A DNA stretch of 64,000 nt. It comes from Squalus acanthias. Its lineage: Eukaryota. The stretch covers positions 5,766,001 through 5,830,000 of the forward strand of contig CM059433.1 of the NCBI GenBank assembly GCA_030390025.1, given 5' to 3'. Under the pieces are notes generated by a model, which was not told where the DNA came from, did not search any database, and saw nothing but the letters and a program-made list of their open reading frames with translations. The position numbers and the translations under genes are program-made. Shown one piece after another: positions 26,690 through 39,879 of the stretch (the stretch's first letter is position 1; the number at the start of each line of letters is the position of its first letter).

Positions 26690-26727
26690 CTGGAAACAAG
26701 AAAAACAGAAGAGATGAAAGGCCATCG

Positions 26728-26842
26728 ACGTGAAACGTTAACTCTGTTTCTCTCTCCACAGTTGCTGCCTGATCTGCTGAGTATTTCCAGCAATTTCTGT
26801 TTCTATTTCAGATTTCCAGCATCTGCAGTATTTTGCTTTTGA
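26728..26842. repeat. Short interspersed repeat (possibly a Penelope-like element end)
   Basis: Reverse-complement match to 60901-61015 (GAAACGTTAACTCTGTTTCTCTCTCCACAG...CAGCATCTGCAG). Confidence 0.6.
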
Positions 26843-26874
26843 TACATTCTGGTGATGTTTTAAAAAAAATATAC

Positions 26875-27045
26875 ATCGTATTTACAGCACAGAAACAGGC
26901 CATTCGGCCCAACTGGTCCATGCCGGTGTTTATGCTCCACTCGAGCCTCCTCCCACCCTCTCTTCACCCATCCCTATCAGCATAGCATTCCATCACATTC
27001 TCCCTCATGTGTTTATCTAGCTTCCCCTTAAATGCATCTATGCTA
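26875..27045 (-). mobile_element. CR1-type LINE 3' end
   Basis: ACAGCACAGAAACAGGCCATTCGGCCC motif shared with 30240 and 62793. Confidence 0.6.
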
Positions 27046-27669
27046 TAAATATTGCCATCTTTAACAGTGTATGGCGGTCTTTTGTTTATTGTTTTACTTT
27101 AACATAAGGCTATGAGATCTGTGAATCTTTTTCTCCACATACAGCTCTCGTGGGTTAGCCAACTTCTGTTGGACGCCAGGGGCGTGTGTAATGACTCCTC
27201 CCTCCCGTCTTCCTTCTCCGCTGTGGCCTCTGCTCAGCACCTCGCCATAATAATGAGGCCAAGATTGAGAGGATGAAAGCAAAATGAAATACCGTGAGAC
27301 GCTTGTTTAAATTAACAGATGGTGCATTGACCTAGCAGTGGAACGTTGAAAATCCGACCGGATGGTATCAAGTATGATTTCTGGCTTTGATTGGCATTAG
27401 AACTCAAATGCCATGATGGTGCAAGATTCAGTAAATTTGTGGCCAGCTGCAACATGGACAACAGGAGGAAAACCTGTATCAGGACCACTTGCTACCAGAT
27501 ATGCGTGTCCCACTAGAATGACATCAATCACTGTGGTGCAGAAATCCATAATCCAAACCCTCCTAACTACACCCGGAAGGATAATGTTGGAGAAGCTCAT
27601 GAATTGAGCTAATAGGTGGAAAAACTGGGAAAGCAGGTATTTTTTGGGTCCTCATGATCTGAGCAATGC

Positions 27670-27995
27670 TGAGAAGGCCTCATTTATTGACTATCCATAG
27701 TTGCCCCGAACAACCAAGTAGCTTGCTCGGCTTCTTCTGAGGGCATTAAGAGTCAAATCCATATTATGGACTAGAATCACTGGGTAGGGGTGGCAGCTTC
27801 CATTCCCTGAGAGACATTAGTGAACCAGTTGGGTTTTTGCATCAATCCAGCAGCTTTCATGGTCATTTTTCTAGAGCTAGCCCACAAATAGCCAGATTTA
27901 TTGGAATTCCATTTCACTACTTGCTATGGTGAGATTTAGATTCACGACCTCTGGGTTGCTAATCCACTGCCATAACCAGCACCCCACCATACCCA
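27670..27995 (-). mobile_element. Degenerate SINE-like repeat (related copy ~58430-58615)
   Basis: Shared GGGTTTTT..CAATCC..CAGCTT.CATGGTCA...CCAGATTT...CTCTGG.TT.CTA.TCCA motifs. Confidence 0.5.
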
Positions 27996-28504
27996 TGTTG
28001 AAGGTAAACTTTACATTGTGATTCAATCACATACTTTTTCCAAGGTCAGCGTAGACTATTTGGGTTCAGATCAAACATTGTCTTTGCTTTTGATTGTAAG
28101 TGAAGGAATTAAAGCTTCAGTCCAAAATAAACCTTTTTATTAGTAAAATCTTTGAATATCGATCAAACAGTGTGTATAAACTATTCTCTGTGGTATTTTA
28201 ATGAATTGGTTAACACAGAGTCCTGTGGTCACTATTTCAACAAATTCGATAACCTGTCTCTTTTATTTTGTTAACTTTTAATTGCCTTCCTTGAGCTTTG
28301 AAAAACTATCTTTCAACCAACAGTTTACTCTGGAACCAATAATACAGTGGAACTTGAATTTATAATTTTGACCTGCTGAATAAATTTGCTGATTATGGGA
28401 TGTGCAGCCACTTCAGTTGTTAAGCTATAGACTGGAATGAGAATATGTGATGCACGGGACATAAAATGGTGCTTTATAGACACATGAATTTATAAATTCA
28501 TCGA

Positions 28505-28905
28505 AAGAACTTGCACTTAGAAAGCACCTGTCATGACCTCTGGATGGCCTAAAGCCCTTCACAGCCAATGAAGTACTTTTGAAGTATAGTCACTGTTGTA
28601 ACAGGGAAATGAAGCAGCCAATTTGCACACAGCGCGGTCCCACAAACAGCAATGAGATAAGTCTCAGCTGCTAAATGATGGTGGTTGAGGGAGGAAGGTT
28701 GGCTAGGATACTGGGAGAACGCGCCTACTTTTCTTCAAATAGTGCCCCGGGGCCTCAGAGTAACATCTCATCCGACAGCAGCTCTGACAGTGCAGCACTG
28801 AAGTGTGGGCCCAGATTATGTGCCCAAGTCACCAGAGTGGGGCTTGGACCCACAACCTTCTGGCCCCGAGGCACGAGCGCCACCTCTGAGGCAAAGCTGA
28901 CGGCT
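28505..28905 (-). mobile_element. tRNA-derived DeuSINE-like SINE, degenerate
   Basis: Reverse-complement similarity to 33066-33520. Confidence 0.65.
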
Positions 28906-28931
28906 ACAAATTCCTGCACAGATTTACTTAC

Positions 28932-29070
28932 AATGGCGATGTTTTAACATAACTGACATTCCCATGAGGCTGTGGACACTCTGGATGAACACACTGAAAT
29001 CCTCCTCCCGTGTTGATGCAAGTTGCCTCTCTTGTGCAGTTGTGCTGTGATGTTGCACACTCATCTATAT
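28932..29070 (-). CDS. FBLN7: Fibulin-7 exon 7 (cbEGF), 139 bp
   Basis: TTTTTCCAG acceptor, GTAAGT donor; DIDECATSQHNCTREATCINTGGGFQCVHPECPQPHGNVSYVKTSP; phase 1-2. Confidence 0.95.
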
Positions 29071-29644
29071 CTGGAAAAACCAGACCAAAAGAAAAACATG
29101 AGAGCATGTTATGAACATTCACCATACGGTACAGCCTTTGAACTTTTTTTAAGTCGTGCAATTAAATTAAAATTGCAGCAATAATGCTATTTAATTAACA
29201 AAGCAATGCATAATTTCACAAAAATTATCTTCTTGCTCTCTTCTTGTAGGTTTTTCCACTTTCCTCCTTAGGTGACATGCGCTATTTGCCCAGTTTGGGA
29301 GTCCTTGGCTGGAAACCTCTTCCTGGACATTTGGCAATGTTTCTCTGAGTCAGTTGGTAGGAAATGCCTAAGGACACCCTCTGTCCCTCTAGGGAAGTGC
29401 CTTGATCTCACTTGGCACTGTCACAAATGACTTTTTTGCGCAGAATACTTGTGGGCTCAATTTGAACTCTGGAAACTGACAGGATAACTGGCTTGAAGTG
29501 GAATAGTGCCACTTTTGCTTGGATTCCTCAAAGCAATTAAAAAAGAGCCATTGAATCAAACATGGTTGAAAACTTAAACCTTGCTCAGGTTTGCGTGGAC
29601 TTTTGCTAAGCCGGCTGATATTTACTAGTTGGACTCCAGGGATT

Positions 29645-29830
29645 GCCGTTCCTTCATCGTCGCTGGGTCAAAACTCCCTCCCTAGCAGCACTGTGCGAGT
29701 ACCTTCACCACACGGACTGCAGCGGTTCAAGAAGGCGGCTCACCACCACCTTCTCAAGGGCAACTAGGGGTGGGCAATAAATGACCGACATTGCCAGCGT
29801 CGCCCATTTCCTAAGAATGGATAACAAAAG
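29645..29830 (+). mobile_element. CR1-like LINE 3' end
   Basis: CCTTCATCGTCGCTGGGTCAAAA...GGGCAATAAATG, as in 37360-37540. Confidence 0.8.
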
Positions 29831-29868
29831 AAAAACTTCACTCATGGCTTCCATATGTGGGGACTTGC

Positions 29869-30006
29869 CATCACAGCTCCTACCATCATTGAGAAGTTTG
29901 TACGCAGCAGGACAGGTGCAGCGGTAGGACCCAGGGATGTTTACACAGGTGTGCATGCAGAGACTGGCGAACCCTTCCAGTTGGAAAACCTCGCACTCGT
30001 TCACAT
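29869..30006 (-). CDS. FBLN7: Fibulin-7 exon 6 (cbEGF), 138 bp, GC donor
   Basis: CCGCACAG acceptor; DVNECEVFQLEGFASLCMHTCVNIPGSYRCTCPAAYKLLNDGRSCD; ends G|GCAAGT; phase 1-1. Confidence 0.93.
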
Positions 30007-30224
30007 CTGTGCGGAAGAATCAAAGCATTTCCTTAGCACAACTTTCCACACCACAACGAATACAGCCAGAGCAGTCCTGTAGGTCATGCTTTACAAGTGA
30101 ACCTTGCCAGACTGGCAGTTGGTAAGAACTTGTACTTTGCGGACACATGGGCAGACACTTCTCAATCTCATTACCTCAAGGGCGTTCCCTCCTACAGCAC
30201 ATGTGGTTCCCAGCCTGAGAGGTT

Positions 30225-30740
30225 ATAGAATCATAGAATGACACAGCACAGAAGGAGGCCATTCGGCCCATCATGCCTGTGCCGGCTCTTTGAAAGAGCT
30301 GTCCAATTAGTCCCACTCCCCTGCTCTTTCCCGTTGGCCCTGCAAATTGTTCCCTTTCAAGTATTCATTCAATTTCCTTTTTAAGGTTATTGTTGAATCT
30401 GCTTCCACCACCCTTTCAGGCAGTGCATTCCAGATCACAACAACTCGCTGCGTAAAAAAATTCTCCTCACGTCGCCTCTGGTTCTTTTGGCAATCTCCTG
30501 AAATCTGTGACCTCAGGTTCCCAACCCTTCTGCCACTGGAAACAGTTTCTACTTATTTACTCTGTCAAAACCATTCATGATTGTGAGCACCTCTATTAAA
30601 TCTCCCCGTAACCTTCTCCACTCAGAAGAGAACAACCCCAGCTTCTCTAATCTCGCCATGTAACTGATGTCCCCCATCCCTGGTACCATTCTAGCAAATC
30701 CCCTTTGCACACTCTCTAAGGCCTTGACATCGTTCTGAAA
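30225..30740 (-). mobile_element. CR1-type LINE 3' fragment
   Basis: (TAGAATCA)n tail; reverse complement resembles the ORF2 C-terminus and 3' UTR. Confidence 0.7.
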
Positions 30741-32075
30741 GGTTGAGCAGGAAATCTTATTTTCCAGTCTTCAGCCAATTCTGCTTTAAATCAGTGTGTA
30801 GGAAATGTACAGATGTGATCTGAGTTGATTTGCCCTCGTCTCCCAGGGAATTAAGTTGTCTTCAATTGACACAAATACAGAATGCCTTTAGTGTAGGCTA
30901 CTAATTGGTTACGTTTCAGCTCTGTGGAAAATGGCGAGGGACTAGGAATCGAGGTCAGCCTGACGAGCAAAGTGCTCTTACATTGCCTGATACAGTCCAT
31001 GATAGAAGCTGCAACTCTACCCAGATTAGGTTGCATCACCTTGTGTAGTGAGGCACGCGACTTGCTCATTGGCACAATATTTATGAGGATCCTTTGCTTC
31101 ATCAGCGGCCATTGACGTAGTCACGAATCAACTCAGCAGGATCTGTGGCCTTTCTGTGCCTCTGCTTGTCTTCACCCACCACCCCACCCATGATCATCCT
31201 GCGTCGCCTCATCAAACTCACTTAAGACCCTTTGGAGGGCCTGTTTCTATTCTGGTGCCTGCTTTGAATGATGTGGGTGGTGTCGAGTTCGGAGATGCGG
31301 AGTACCAGCTTCTTTCCTTCTGGGCTTATGCTGCGCTGTCAATATAAAAGCTAACAACATCTTTCTACAGTGCTCGTGCTGATGTACAGAGAGAAATCTC
31401 AGAGCCGAGTTGAGAGTAAAACAGTGGAAACCAAACAGGATGGGAGAAGGAAATGCTGGAAAAATTAAGGGGACAGAGAATTTGTCAAAAAGGGAAAGGT
31501 TCTGAAAACAGAGAGAGAGGTGACAAGGTGGAGGAATTCAGGGAGGGAGTTCGAGGGCAGGGCCTAATGGCTGAAAGAGAGGTGCCAATGGTGGAACAGA
31601 CGGAGCGGGGAACCAAGAGTTACCCAGTGTCAGCGCAGACAGACCATGTGGTGACATTTGCCTGGAGGAGATTGCTGAGGTGGTGCGGAGCAAGACCACA
31701 GATTGATTTGAAAGACAAAATGAGATCTTGAGGTCACTTCACTGGGATAGGGAGTGCCAGTGGAGCTTGAAAAGGACAGAGTGATGGGGCGTGGAACTTG
31801 GAAGATACAAGCCATGGTTTTCTGAATAAGTTGTAGTTGGTAGATGATGGAAATAGGGAGTTTGGCTAGGAGACCATTGGAGAAGCTGAGCTTGGAGATG
31901 ACAAGGACAGGAATTAGGGGTTTGCCGGGAAAGGGGAAAAGATGGGGTTGGAGAGGAGTCTAGCACAGCCGTTAACTTACAACAGAAGTAAGGCTTATAT
32001 GGATCTTTGGTAATATTCCAACAATTTGTCTGTTCCACACACTACCACGTGTGTATGATAATCACGTGCACATAC

Positions 32076-32204
32076 CTTGGCACACACTGTTCTCACTGGT
32101 CCCACTCATATGGAAGCCGGCATCACAGCTGCAGTGTTGGGTCCTTTCAAACTTTGCACAGCGAGGCTTCCGACTAAAGGACAGGTCACTTAACGCACTC
32201 CATT
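32076..32204 (-). CDS. FBLN7: Fibulin-7 exon 5, 129 bp
   Basis: GCTGCAG acceptor, GTATGT donor; EWSALSDLSFSRKPRCAKFERTQHCSCDAGFHMSGTSENSVCQ; phase 1-1. Confidence 0.92.
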
Positions 32205-33065
32205 CTGCAGCAACGGGGGCGGGGGAAATGACATCGATTTTTGTACTGGTCTCTGTTTTTAACAGCACAACGATTACAAGAAGCCTGTAACTGCAAGTTA
32301 GGTACCTTGGGATTGAAATTCCCACTGATGTTAAATTTTAGCAAAAGAAGTTGGCGTGAGTACAAAGGTTTTAACTAAATTTCATGATTCCCCTACCCCA
32401 CACTTCTATTTATACTGGATCCTGGTTTGATATTTGTTTTGTTTGGATGATGTCACTCAATGGAGAACACGGGTTTATACTTTCCCCATCTGATTTACTG
32501 AATCATGCTGCAATGAGGTGTTATTGGGCAGAGACCCAGCCCTTTGTAGAACACATTAATGATGTTTCTAGAAATGGGAAGCACAGGAATTCATCCCACT
32601 ATTTTTTGGAAGTGTTGTTAACACATTATGAGCTCAGGGAATTGTCCTCCAGGGAAACCAAAGGGAGAGGGATGGGCAATAATTAGAAGCGGTGAGGTTC
32701 AGGGCGGGAATTCCAGAGCTCAGGGTGCAGACAGCTGAAGGCATGGCCACCAATGGTGAGTCAAAGGCAGTGTGGGTGCACAAGAGGGCAGAGTTGGAGG
32801 AAGGCAGCCAGGTAGCACAGTGGGCTGATGAGGTCGTCCATGTTTTGAGAGTCAGATTTGACTCTGCCCTGTGGATCGTACATGATCAGAGGGTTGGGGT
32901 CTGCTCCAGGGAGGAAAGACTTTGTCACCGTCTTTGAAGCTTAGGATTGTTTTGATTCAAGGGAGGGCTGTGGTAATAAAAAAAAGTGATCAGTTCTAAA
33001 ATGTTTATTAACACGTTTCTGCAGCCTCTTGACTGAGCACACGCAAGATGGAAATGCTTCCAAAA

Positions 33066-33520
33066 GGTGTCAGCTGTGGCTCAGTGGGTAGCACTCTCAC
33101 CTCTGAGTCAGAAGGTTGTGGGTTCATAGTCCCACTCCAGAGACTTGAGCACAAAATCTAGGCTGACACTTCAGTGCAGTACTGAGGGAGTGCTGCACTG
33201 TCGGAGCTGCCGTCTTTTGAATGAGACGTTAAACCGAGGACCCATCTGCCCTCTCAGGTGAACGTAAAAGATCCCACGGCACTATTTTAAAGAAGAGCAG
33301 GGGAGCTCTCCCCGGTGTCCTGGTCAATATGTATCTCTCCACCAACATCACTGAAATCTGGTTATTATGTTATTGCTGTTTGTGGGAGCTTGCTGTGCAC
33401 AAATTGGCTGCTGCGTTTCCTACATTACAACAGTGACTACACTTCAAAAATTGGCTGTAAAGCTCTTTGGGACATCGCAACGTTGTAAAAGGTGCTATAT
33501 AAATGCAAGTCTTTCTCTTT
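33066..33520 (+). mobile_element. Full-length tRNA-derived SINE with Deu-like core (SacSINE1-like)
   Basis: A box TGGCTCAGTGG, B-box-like GGTTCATAGTCC, core AAAGATCCCACGGCACTATTT..AAGAGCAGGGGAG..CCCCGGTGTCCTGG, L2-like tail GCTATATAAATGCAAGT. Confidence 0.8.
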
Positions 33521-34726
33521 CTTAAGGTTGTGCAGATTCCAGAAGTTAACTTTGTAAAGCAAATGGATTCTATCATGAATTGCTAAGTCGGTCCCAGCTC
33601 GAGCTGTGTTGTTGTAATTTAGAAATTGAGTTTTGTTGTTATGCTTTTGATGATTTAGATTCTGTCAATTTGTGTGAACTGTTAGTCACACAGTCAGGCC
33701 TCACTGTAATATTCAAGACTAGGCCTTAGGAGAAAGCCAGTGATGTTTAGGACCATCAGCTGAATTGTCAAATCATTTCTTTTAAAAATATATCTATTAT
33801 TTGGGCAAAAATAAAACCGTGTTCTACTTTCCAGTAGTGCTCAGCTAGAAATGAGGGTTGGGATCGCACGGTATGAGATATTATGAAATCCTGTTGCTCA
33901 CTATATTAATCAGTTAATGACTTGGTAAAAATAGCAGTGACAGGAATCTCATATGAAGCCGCTAACATTTTGTTCTAATATTGCACAGATTACACAGGTC
34001 ACAAATTACTTTTTTGATTTCCAAAAAAACGTTAAACAAGTGAAATCTCAGAGCAGTCAGACAGACCATAGTGTAAGGAAGGCCTTGCCAAGGAATAATC
34101 TTTCAACGTCGTCCAGTCAGTCCCGGGTTCTAAGCATCCGAAGGTTTATTGGCAGCTAAAGCACAGCCATTAGAGTTGGACTCTAATTCTCACCTGGACA
34201 TAGCTACCCAAAGGACCAGCAAACACCAGTAATTATAATCTCGGAATCGGAGCGGTGTATTGCTGAGAAGCTGTCACTCAGCCTTCTCATCCTGCTCTCC
34301 GATATTTGTCTCTTAAAAACAAGTTAAAATGTTATTCACCCAACATGACCACATTCCCCGAGTGGAATGTGCGTGCGGCCCACACCATAAGAACTGCACT
34401 TCAAAGAGAAGCTTCTGGAACGGATTCCACACGGTTTAAAAAAATAAAACCACGGCATGTGCAAAATTCCTTCATAATTCAGAGGGGGAAAACGCCTTTC
34501 AATTCTTTTTTTAGGTTAACAGATTAAATTTGATAAAGTACGCCTTTGTAAAATTCCTCCCAGCACATTCCCACGTTAATACTCTTGAAGGAGTCTGAGC
34601 TGTTTGCTTCATGACTCTTGTTGAGATTTTTAACACCCCTGATTTCTAACACTCTCACTGGAACAAGATCCCGTGCTCACTTTCCCAAATCCAGCCGATT
34701 ATTTAACCTTCCCAGATGTTACAAAC

Positions 34727-34852
34727 CTGTCTGCACTGGATACCGACAGTGGCTCCGTGTCCAGCTGTTTGGGCAAGAACATGTGTATTGGTTCACAGCA
34801 TCCACACACGTCCCTCCATTCTGGCAGGAGATGCTGACGCATTCGTTCGTTT
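34727..34852 (-). CDS. FBLN7: Fibulin-7 exon 4 (EGF), 126 bp; frame not shown in the ORF track
   Basis: TTTCGTAG acceptor, GTTTGT donor; ETNECVSISCQNGGTCVDAVNQYTCSCPNSWTRSHCRYPVQT; phase 1-1. Confidence 0.93.
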
Positions 34853-35546
34853 CTACGAAAGAAATCAAACAGGTTTAAAAAAATGGGTATGACGAACAAC
34901 ATAGTCCAGGTAAAGATTTAGCCAGATCTTTTAAATCGCTTCTTGGGGCTTCCAGTGACATTTCTGAACCATAGAAGCATAGAATCATACAGCCCATCGT
35001 GCCTGTCATGCTGTTTGAAAGAGCTCTCCAATTAGTCCCACTCCCCTGCCCTTTCCCCATAGCCCGGCAACATTTTCCCCTTCAAGTACTTATCCAATTC
35101 CCTTTTGAAAGTTATTATTGAACCCAACATAAAATGCAGTTCAAAAGAAAACTAAACAAAATGGAAGTGTCTGGTGCTGCTCCAGGTTATCGTGGATACC
35201 TCTCCCTCCTCCTTTAAGATGCTCCTTAAAACCTACCTCATTGACCAAGCTTTTGGTCACCTGTTCGAATATCTGCTTATGTGGCTTGGTATCAAATTTT
35301 GTTTGATAATCGCTCCTGTGAAGCGCCCTGGGGAAGTTTTACTGCGTTAAAGGCGCGGTATAAGTGGAAGTTGTTGCTGTTAATATTCTGATCATTGTTG
35401 CTATTCATGACCTGTTAAAATGCTGACTTCTATTTTGAATATTCTTGCGCTTCCCTTTTCCTCCCCCACCCGATTGATCTACAATTGGATGTGTGTGAGA
35501 GGGGCCTCAGTGTGACCCACCCTCTGATTCTCTCTGGAAATACATG

Positions 35547-36253
35547 GAGCTAGAAATTCGGTGCATTTGCGCCTCCTGTTAGCAAATTACTTTTCGCCCG
35601 GGCGCGGCGCTGCTAACGACTCCGGCTAAATTCAGCGGGAGTTTAGCAGCGGCGGTAACCGGTACCGCCCCGCTCTGCTGCACAGCCGATGACAACGTCA
35701 TCACCGTGCGCAGCGCCCCATTTTCGCCCCACCTGCAAAATTGTCTCGTACCCCCTGAATCTGTGCCGGGCGATGACAGGGGGCGGGAACGGAGCGGCAG
35801 GAGGCTCGCGGGGAGGTGGCGGGCGTGTAAAAAAATAAATCGTCTGACTTACTTGTCTCAGGCCCATTGCGTCTTTAAACGCGCGGTCCGTGCCGCGATC
35901 TGGCAGCCCGGCACTCCTCTTGACCGGGCTGCTGGCACGGCACCCCGCTCCCCGGTGGTCCAGGCAGGGCCCCGTAGAGTTGTGGGCTTGGGCCCTCCCC
36001 TTTAATGAGGGGAGGAGCCCTTCCATGTGGCAGCGCTACGTGGCCCAGTGCGCAGCGCTGCAGAACGCACCGCCCCGATATTTGGTGTTAGCGCTCTAAG
36101 AAGGAAGTGGAGCGCTTGAATTAGCGTTCCACCTCTCTCTTGGGGTGCTAAAACTGAATTTAGCGATCACCGGCGCTATTTTTCGCCGGGCGCTAAATTT
36201 CGCACCCAGGCAATGTTAGCGACCCAAAATGGTCGTTAACAAATTTTTCCCCC
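35547..36253. mobile_element. Non-autonomous Harbinger MITE
   Basis: Imperfect TIRs GAGCTAGAAATT / AATTTTTCCCCC, 3-bp TSD ATG. The right ~170 bp is the reverse complement of the Harbinger end at 43913-44080. Confidence 0.8.
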
Positions 36254-36699
36254 ATGGTGTTTCCCTGAAGGTTGAGATCACGATTTGCAGCCATGTGAAG
36301 GAATTGCTACTCTATAAAGCAAGCCCGACCACTGCATGGCATTGCACCTCAGGGCACCAGCATTGCACCACAACGCTGCACCAGCATGTCTGAAGCAGTG
36401 ATCTGTATGAAACCAGCTCTATCCAATGAAGAGTAACAAGTACATTGAAGATAGTAATGACACTGAGTAAAATCAGACCACCAACACTTTCGATTTCCCT
36501 CCGGAATTGACTAATCTGTCAATTCCTATCACTTTTCTGAACAACACCAGGAGGGCAGTATTTAGTTCCCATACCTCGTTGCCGTGAGTGCATTAAGAAT
36601 CAACCACATTGTGTGGGACTGGAGTCACAAGTATGCCAGACGGTGTCACGGTTCAGGATTCTGTGGTCACTTTGACACTTTTACCACCAACAGCATAAT

Positions 36700-37545
36700 G
36701 CAGATAATGAAGCAGTCCATGCCCGCATGCAGCAAGACCTGGACGACATTCAGGCTTGGGCTGATAAGTGGCAAGTAACATTCGCGCCACACAGGCAATG
36801 ACTATCTCCAACAGGTGAGAGTCTAACCACCGCCCCTTGACATTCATGGCATTACCATCGCCGAATCCCCCACCATCAACATCCTGGGGGTCACCATTGA
36901 AACTTAACTGGAACAGCCACATAAATACTGTGTCAACAAGAGCAGGTCAGAGGCTGGGTATTCTGCGGTGAGTGTCTCACCTCCTGACTCCCCAAAGCCT
37001 TTCCACCATCTACAAGGCACACGTCAGGAGTGTGATGGAACACTCTCCACTTGCCTGGATGAGTGCAGCTCCAACAACACTCGAGAAGCTCAACACCATC
37101 CAGGACAAAGCAGGCCGCTTGATTGGCACCCCATCCACCACCTTAAACATTCACTCCCTCCACCACCTCCGTGGCTGCAGTGTGTACCATCTACAAGATG
37201 CACTGCAGCAACTCTTAAGGCTTCTTCGACAGCACCTCCCAAATCCACGACCTCTACCACCTAGAAGGACAAGGGCAGCAGGCGCATGGGAACACCACCA
37301 CCTCCAAGTTCCCCTCCAAGTCACACACCATCCTGACTTAGAAGTATATCGCCGATCCTTCATCGTCGCTGGGTCAAAATCCTGGAACTCCCTCCCTAAC
37401 AGCACTGTGGGAGAACCTTCACCACATCGACTGCAGCGGTTCAAGAAGGCGGCTCACCACCACCTTCTCAAGGGGCAACTAGGGATGGGCAATAAATGCT
37501 GGCCTTGCCGGTGACACCCACATCCCAGGAATGAGTAAAACAAAA
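36700..37545 (+). mobile_element. CR1-like LINE 3' fragment
   Basis: ORF 36972-37514 (IYKAHVRSVMEHSPLAW...SFIVAGSKSWNSLP) and GGGCAATAAATGCTGGCC end. Confidence 0.85.
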
Positions 37546-38054
37546 GGACCCAGACGTGAGCTGTCTTCAAATGTGATTTGAGCAGATGCGTGTCTAAAGG
37601 TGGTTCGCTGCTCCAGATGGTCCCATTGCTACGTTGTCAATCAAGCACCAGTCCAGAGGTGATCTAAATGCGGGATGGGTTATTGTATTGAAGAGATCCT
37701 CAAGCAATTGGTGCACTCAAAAGCAATGCCTGGTCATTCAAGAGATATCTCGTACCTTAATGTCGACAAATTTATTTGATCTCTGCTAGTCTTAAAAGGG
37801 AGGCCTTTTAAAAATCAGCACCTAAAGAAAGAAAGAATTGGCATTTCTACAGCACCTTTCACCACCTCAGGACATCCCAAAGCACTTTACAGCCAATGAA
37901 GTACTTTTGAAGTGTAGTCACTGTTGTAATGTAGGAAACGCGGCAGCCAATTTGAGTAAAGCAGTGGAAAAGCTGGAAAAGGAGTCAAGGCAGCAGAGAA
38001 ACAGAGAGGGAACATGACCTCTACACTGTCAGCAAGATCGATGCAAGAGCTAAT

Positions 38055-38792
38055 GGCCAAAAATAGTGAGTGAGCCTCGTGCGAGGGTAAGGCTTCCCCG
38101 GCGATCTCTCACTGCGCGCCTGGCTTTTTATTCCCAGCTCGCACGAACTTGATGTTCTGACAGCAGCTGTGCTGGGCTTTCGTATCCCACAGGCGCAGTT
38201 AATTCGTGCGAGCTGTGGGATCACGTGACTCAGTTAGACCAATGGCAGGCACACCATCTTTCATTCATAGCTTTCACAGCACGGCTGTGAAAGCTATGAA
38301 TACTATACCCCCCAAAAGAACAGCTAACCTCAATTAAATTTAAAAAAACCCATCACATTAATAAATAAGTATAGTTAAATAAATTAACCACTTTAAACAA
38401 AAAATTAAATTTTTTGAAAAAATTTAAAATCTTTTAAAAAGTTATAAAAATAAACTTACCTTTCTTTAAAGTCTCTAAAAAAGATATACCTGTTGAAAAA
38501 AATTCAAAATAATACTTAATTAACTACTTACCTTGTTAAAAGAGGGTCTTACGCCTCCTTTCTTTATGTGTAAAATGTTCCATGCTTACCTGCGCGTTCA
38601 AAGCACTAAGTGCACTGCGTGCGCGCAGCCTGTAGCGCGCACGCGGTTCACCTAGGAACCGCCCCCTTTTGAAATCACCAAGTGCCGGTTTTCAGCGCAT
38701 GCGCAGTGCATGCAGAAAACCGGCAATTGGAGACAGAATACGCGAGAGTACACAGTGCGTACTCTCGCGTAGCGGCACTAATTTTCTGGGCC
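38055..38792 (-). mobile_element. Complete copy of the hairpin-rich MITE
   Basis: TIR-like ends GGCCAAAAATAGTG / CACTAATTTTCTGGGCC flanked by AAT/ATT; several internal inverted repeats, including a perfect 18-bp stem at 38263-38301. Confidence 0.78.
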
Positions 38793-39879
38793 ATTGTGTC
38801 TTTCTATGTTAAGTAAGAATCCTTCCAAGTGCATGCATGTTCTCTATTTCTGTAATAATACAGGATCAGAAGTTGAATGAGTGCATCAAGTGACTTTCAT
38901 TATCTTCAGTGTTCTGTATGCTTTGTCTACTATGGAGTAAAGCAGATTGCGAAGCAAACCGAAACGATGCCTTTGCATAGTCTCAACTCGGTCTGCCTTC
39001 CGAGAGACTAAAGAGGCCATGTGCTTCAGACACGGACATCCGGTCCGGATCACAAGTGAGTTTCCCAGGTCCGGCTAACTGTCCTGGCAAATACAGGGCG
39101 GTGGGGAGTTAACTTCTGTACAAGAGCAGGCAACCTGCTGCTACTAGCTCTTCAACTGGAATTATATTGTACTTTTTAACCCATTTTCTTCATAGGTACA
39201 TAGGAGCAGGATTAGGCCATTCAGCCCTGCCTCGAGACTCTTCCGCCATTCAATTAGATCATGACTGATCTGCACCACAACTCCATCTACTCACCTTGGT
39301 TCAATCCCCATTTCCCAAAATAAACATAGTTTTAAATAAATTGCACATTTAAAAGGGATTAAAACAATTGCAAAATTATTACAGGGATACTTGAGTAAAT
39401 TATTATTACTGGGTTATATTAACTGTCTGTATCACACTGTCTAGTTGGAAAGTATTATATATTACTCTTCTATTGCACACAGTCCTTGCTGTGTTAGATT
39501 ATCTTAAGTCTCTGTAATTACTATATTCTACTCTGTTATTATCCATTCTCTGCCTTTGGTGTATCTGCCATATTGTGTATGACTCTGTTCTAGGGAAGGA
39601 GTTCCAGAGAGTGTGTCCAAGTTGGTTGAAGGCCCCGTGAGCAGTGATGGGGCAAAGGGAGTTGGATGCACAGTAGTGAGAATCAGAGGTCGGAAGTGTG
39701 TGGGAGATTTGGTTAGTAAGTCATAAAAATAGGTTACGAACCCCTGTACTTGAACAAAGAGGAACAGGTAGGGTGATGAATAGATGGAACAGTTTGCCAG
39801 GAAAGGTGGTTGAGGTCAGGATAGTGGGTACCTTCAGGAAACTCCTAGTGCTGTAATGGCGAGGCAGAGGGGCTGGTTT

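Noticed and set aside
33066..33140. tRNA gene
   Set aside because: It is the head of a SINE that continues into core and tail sequence.
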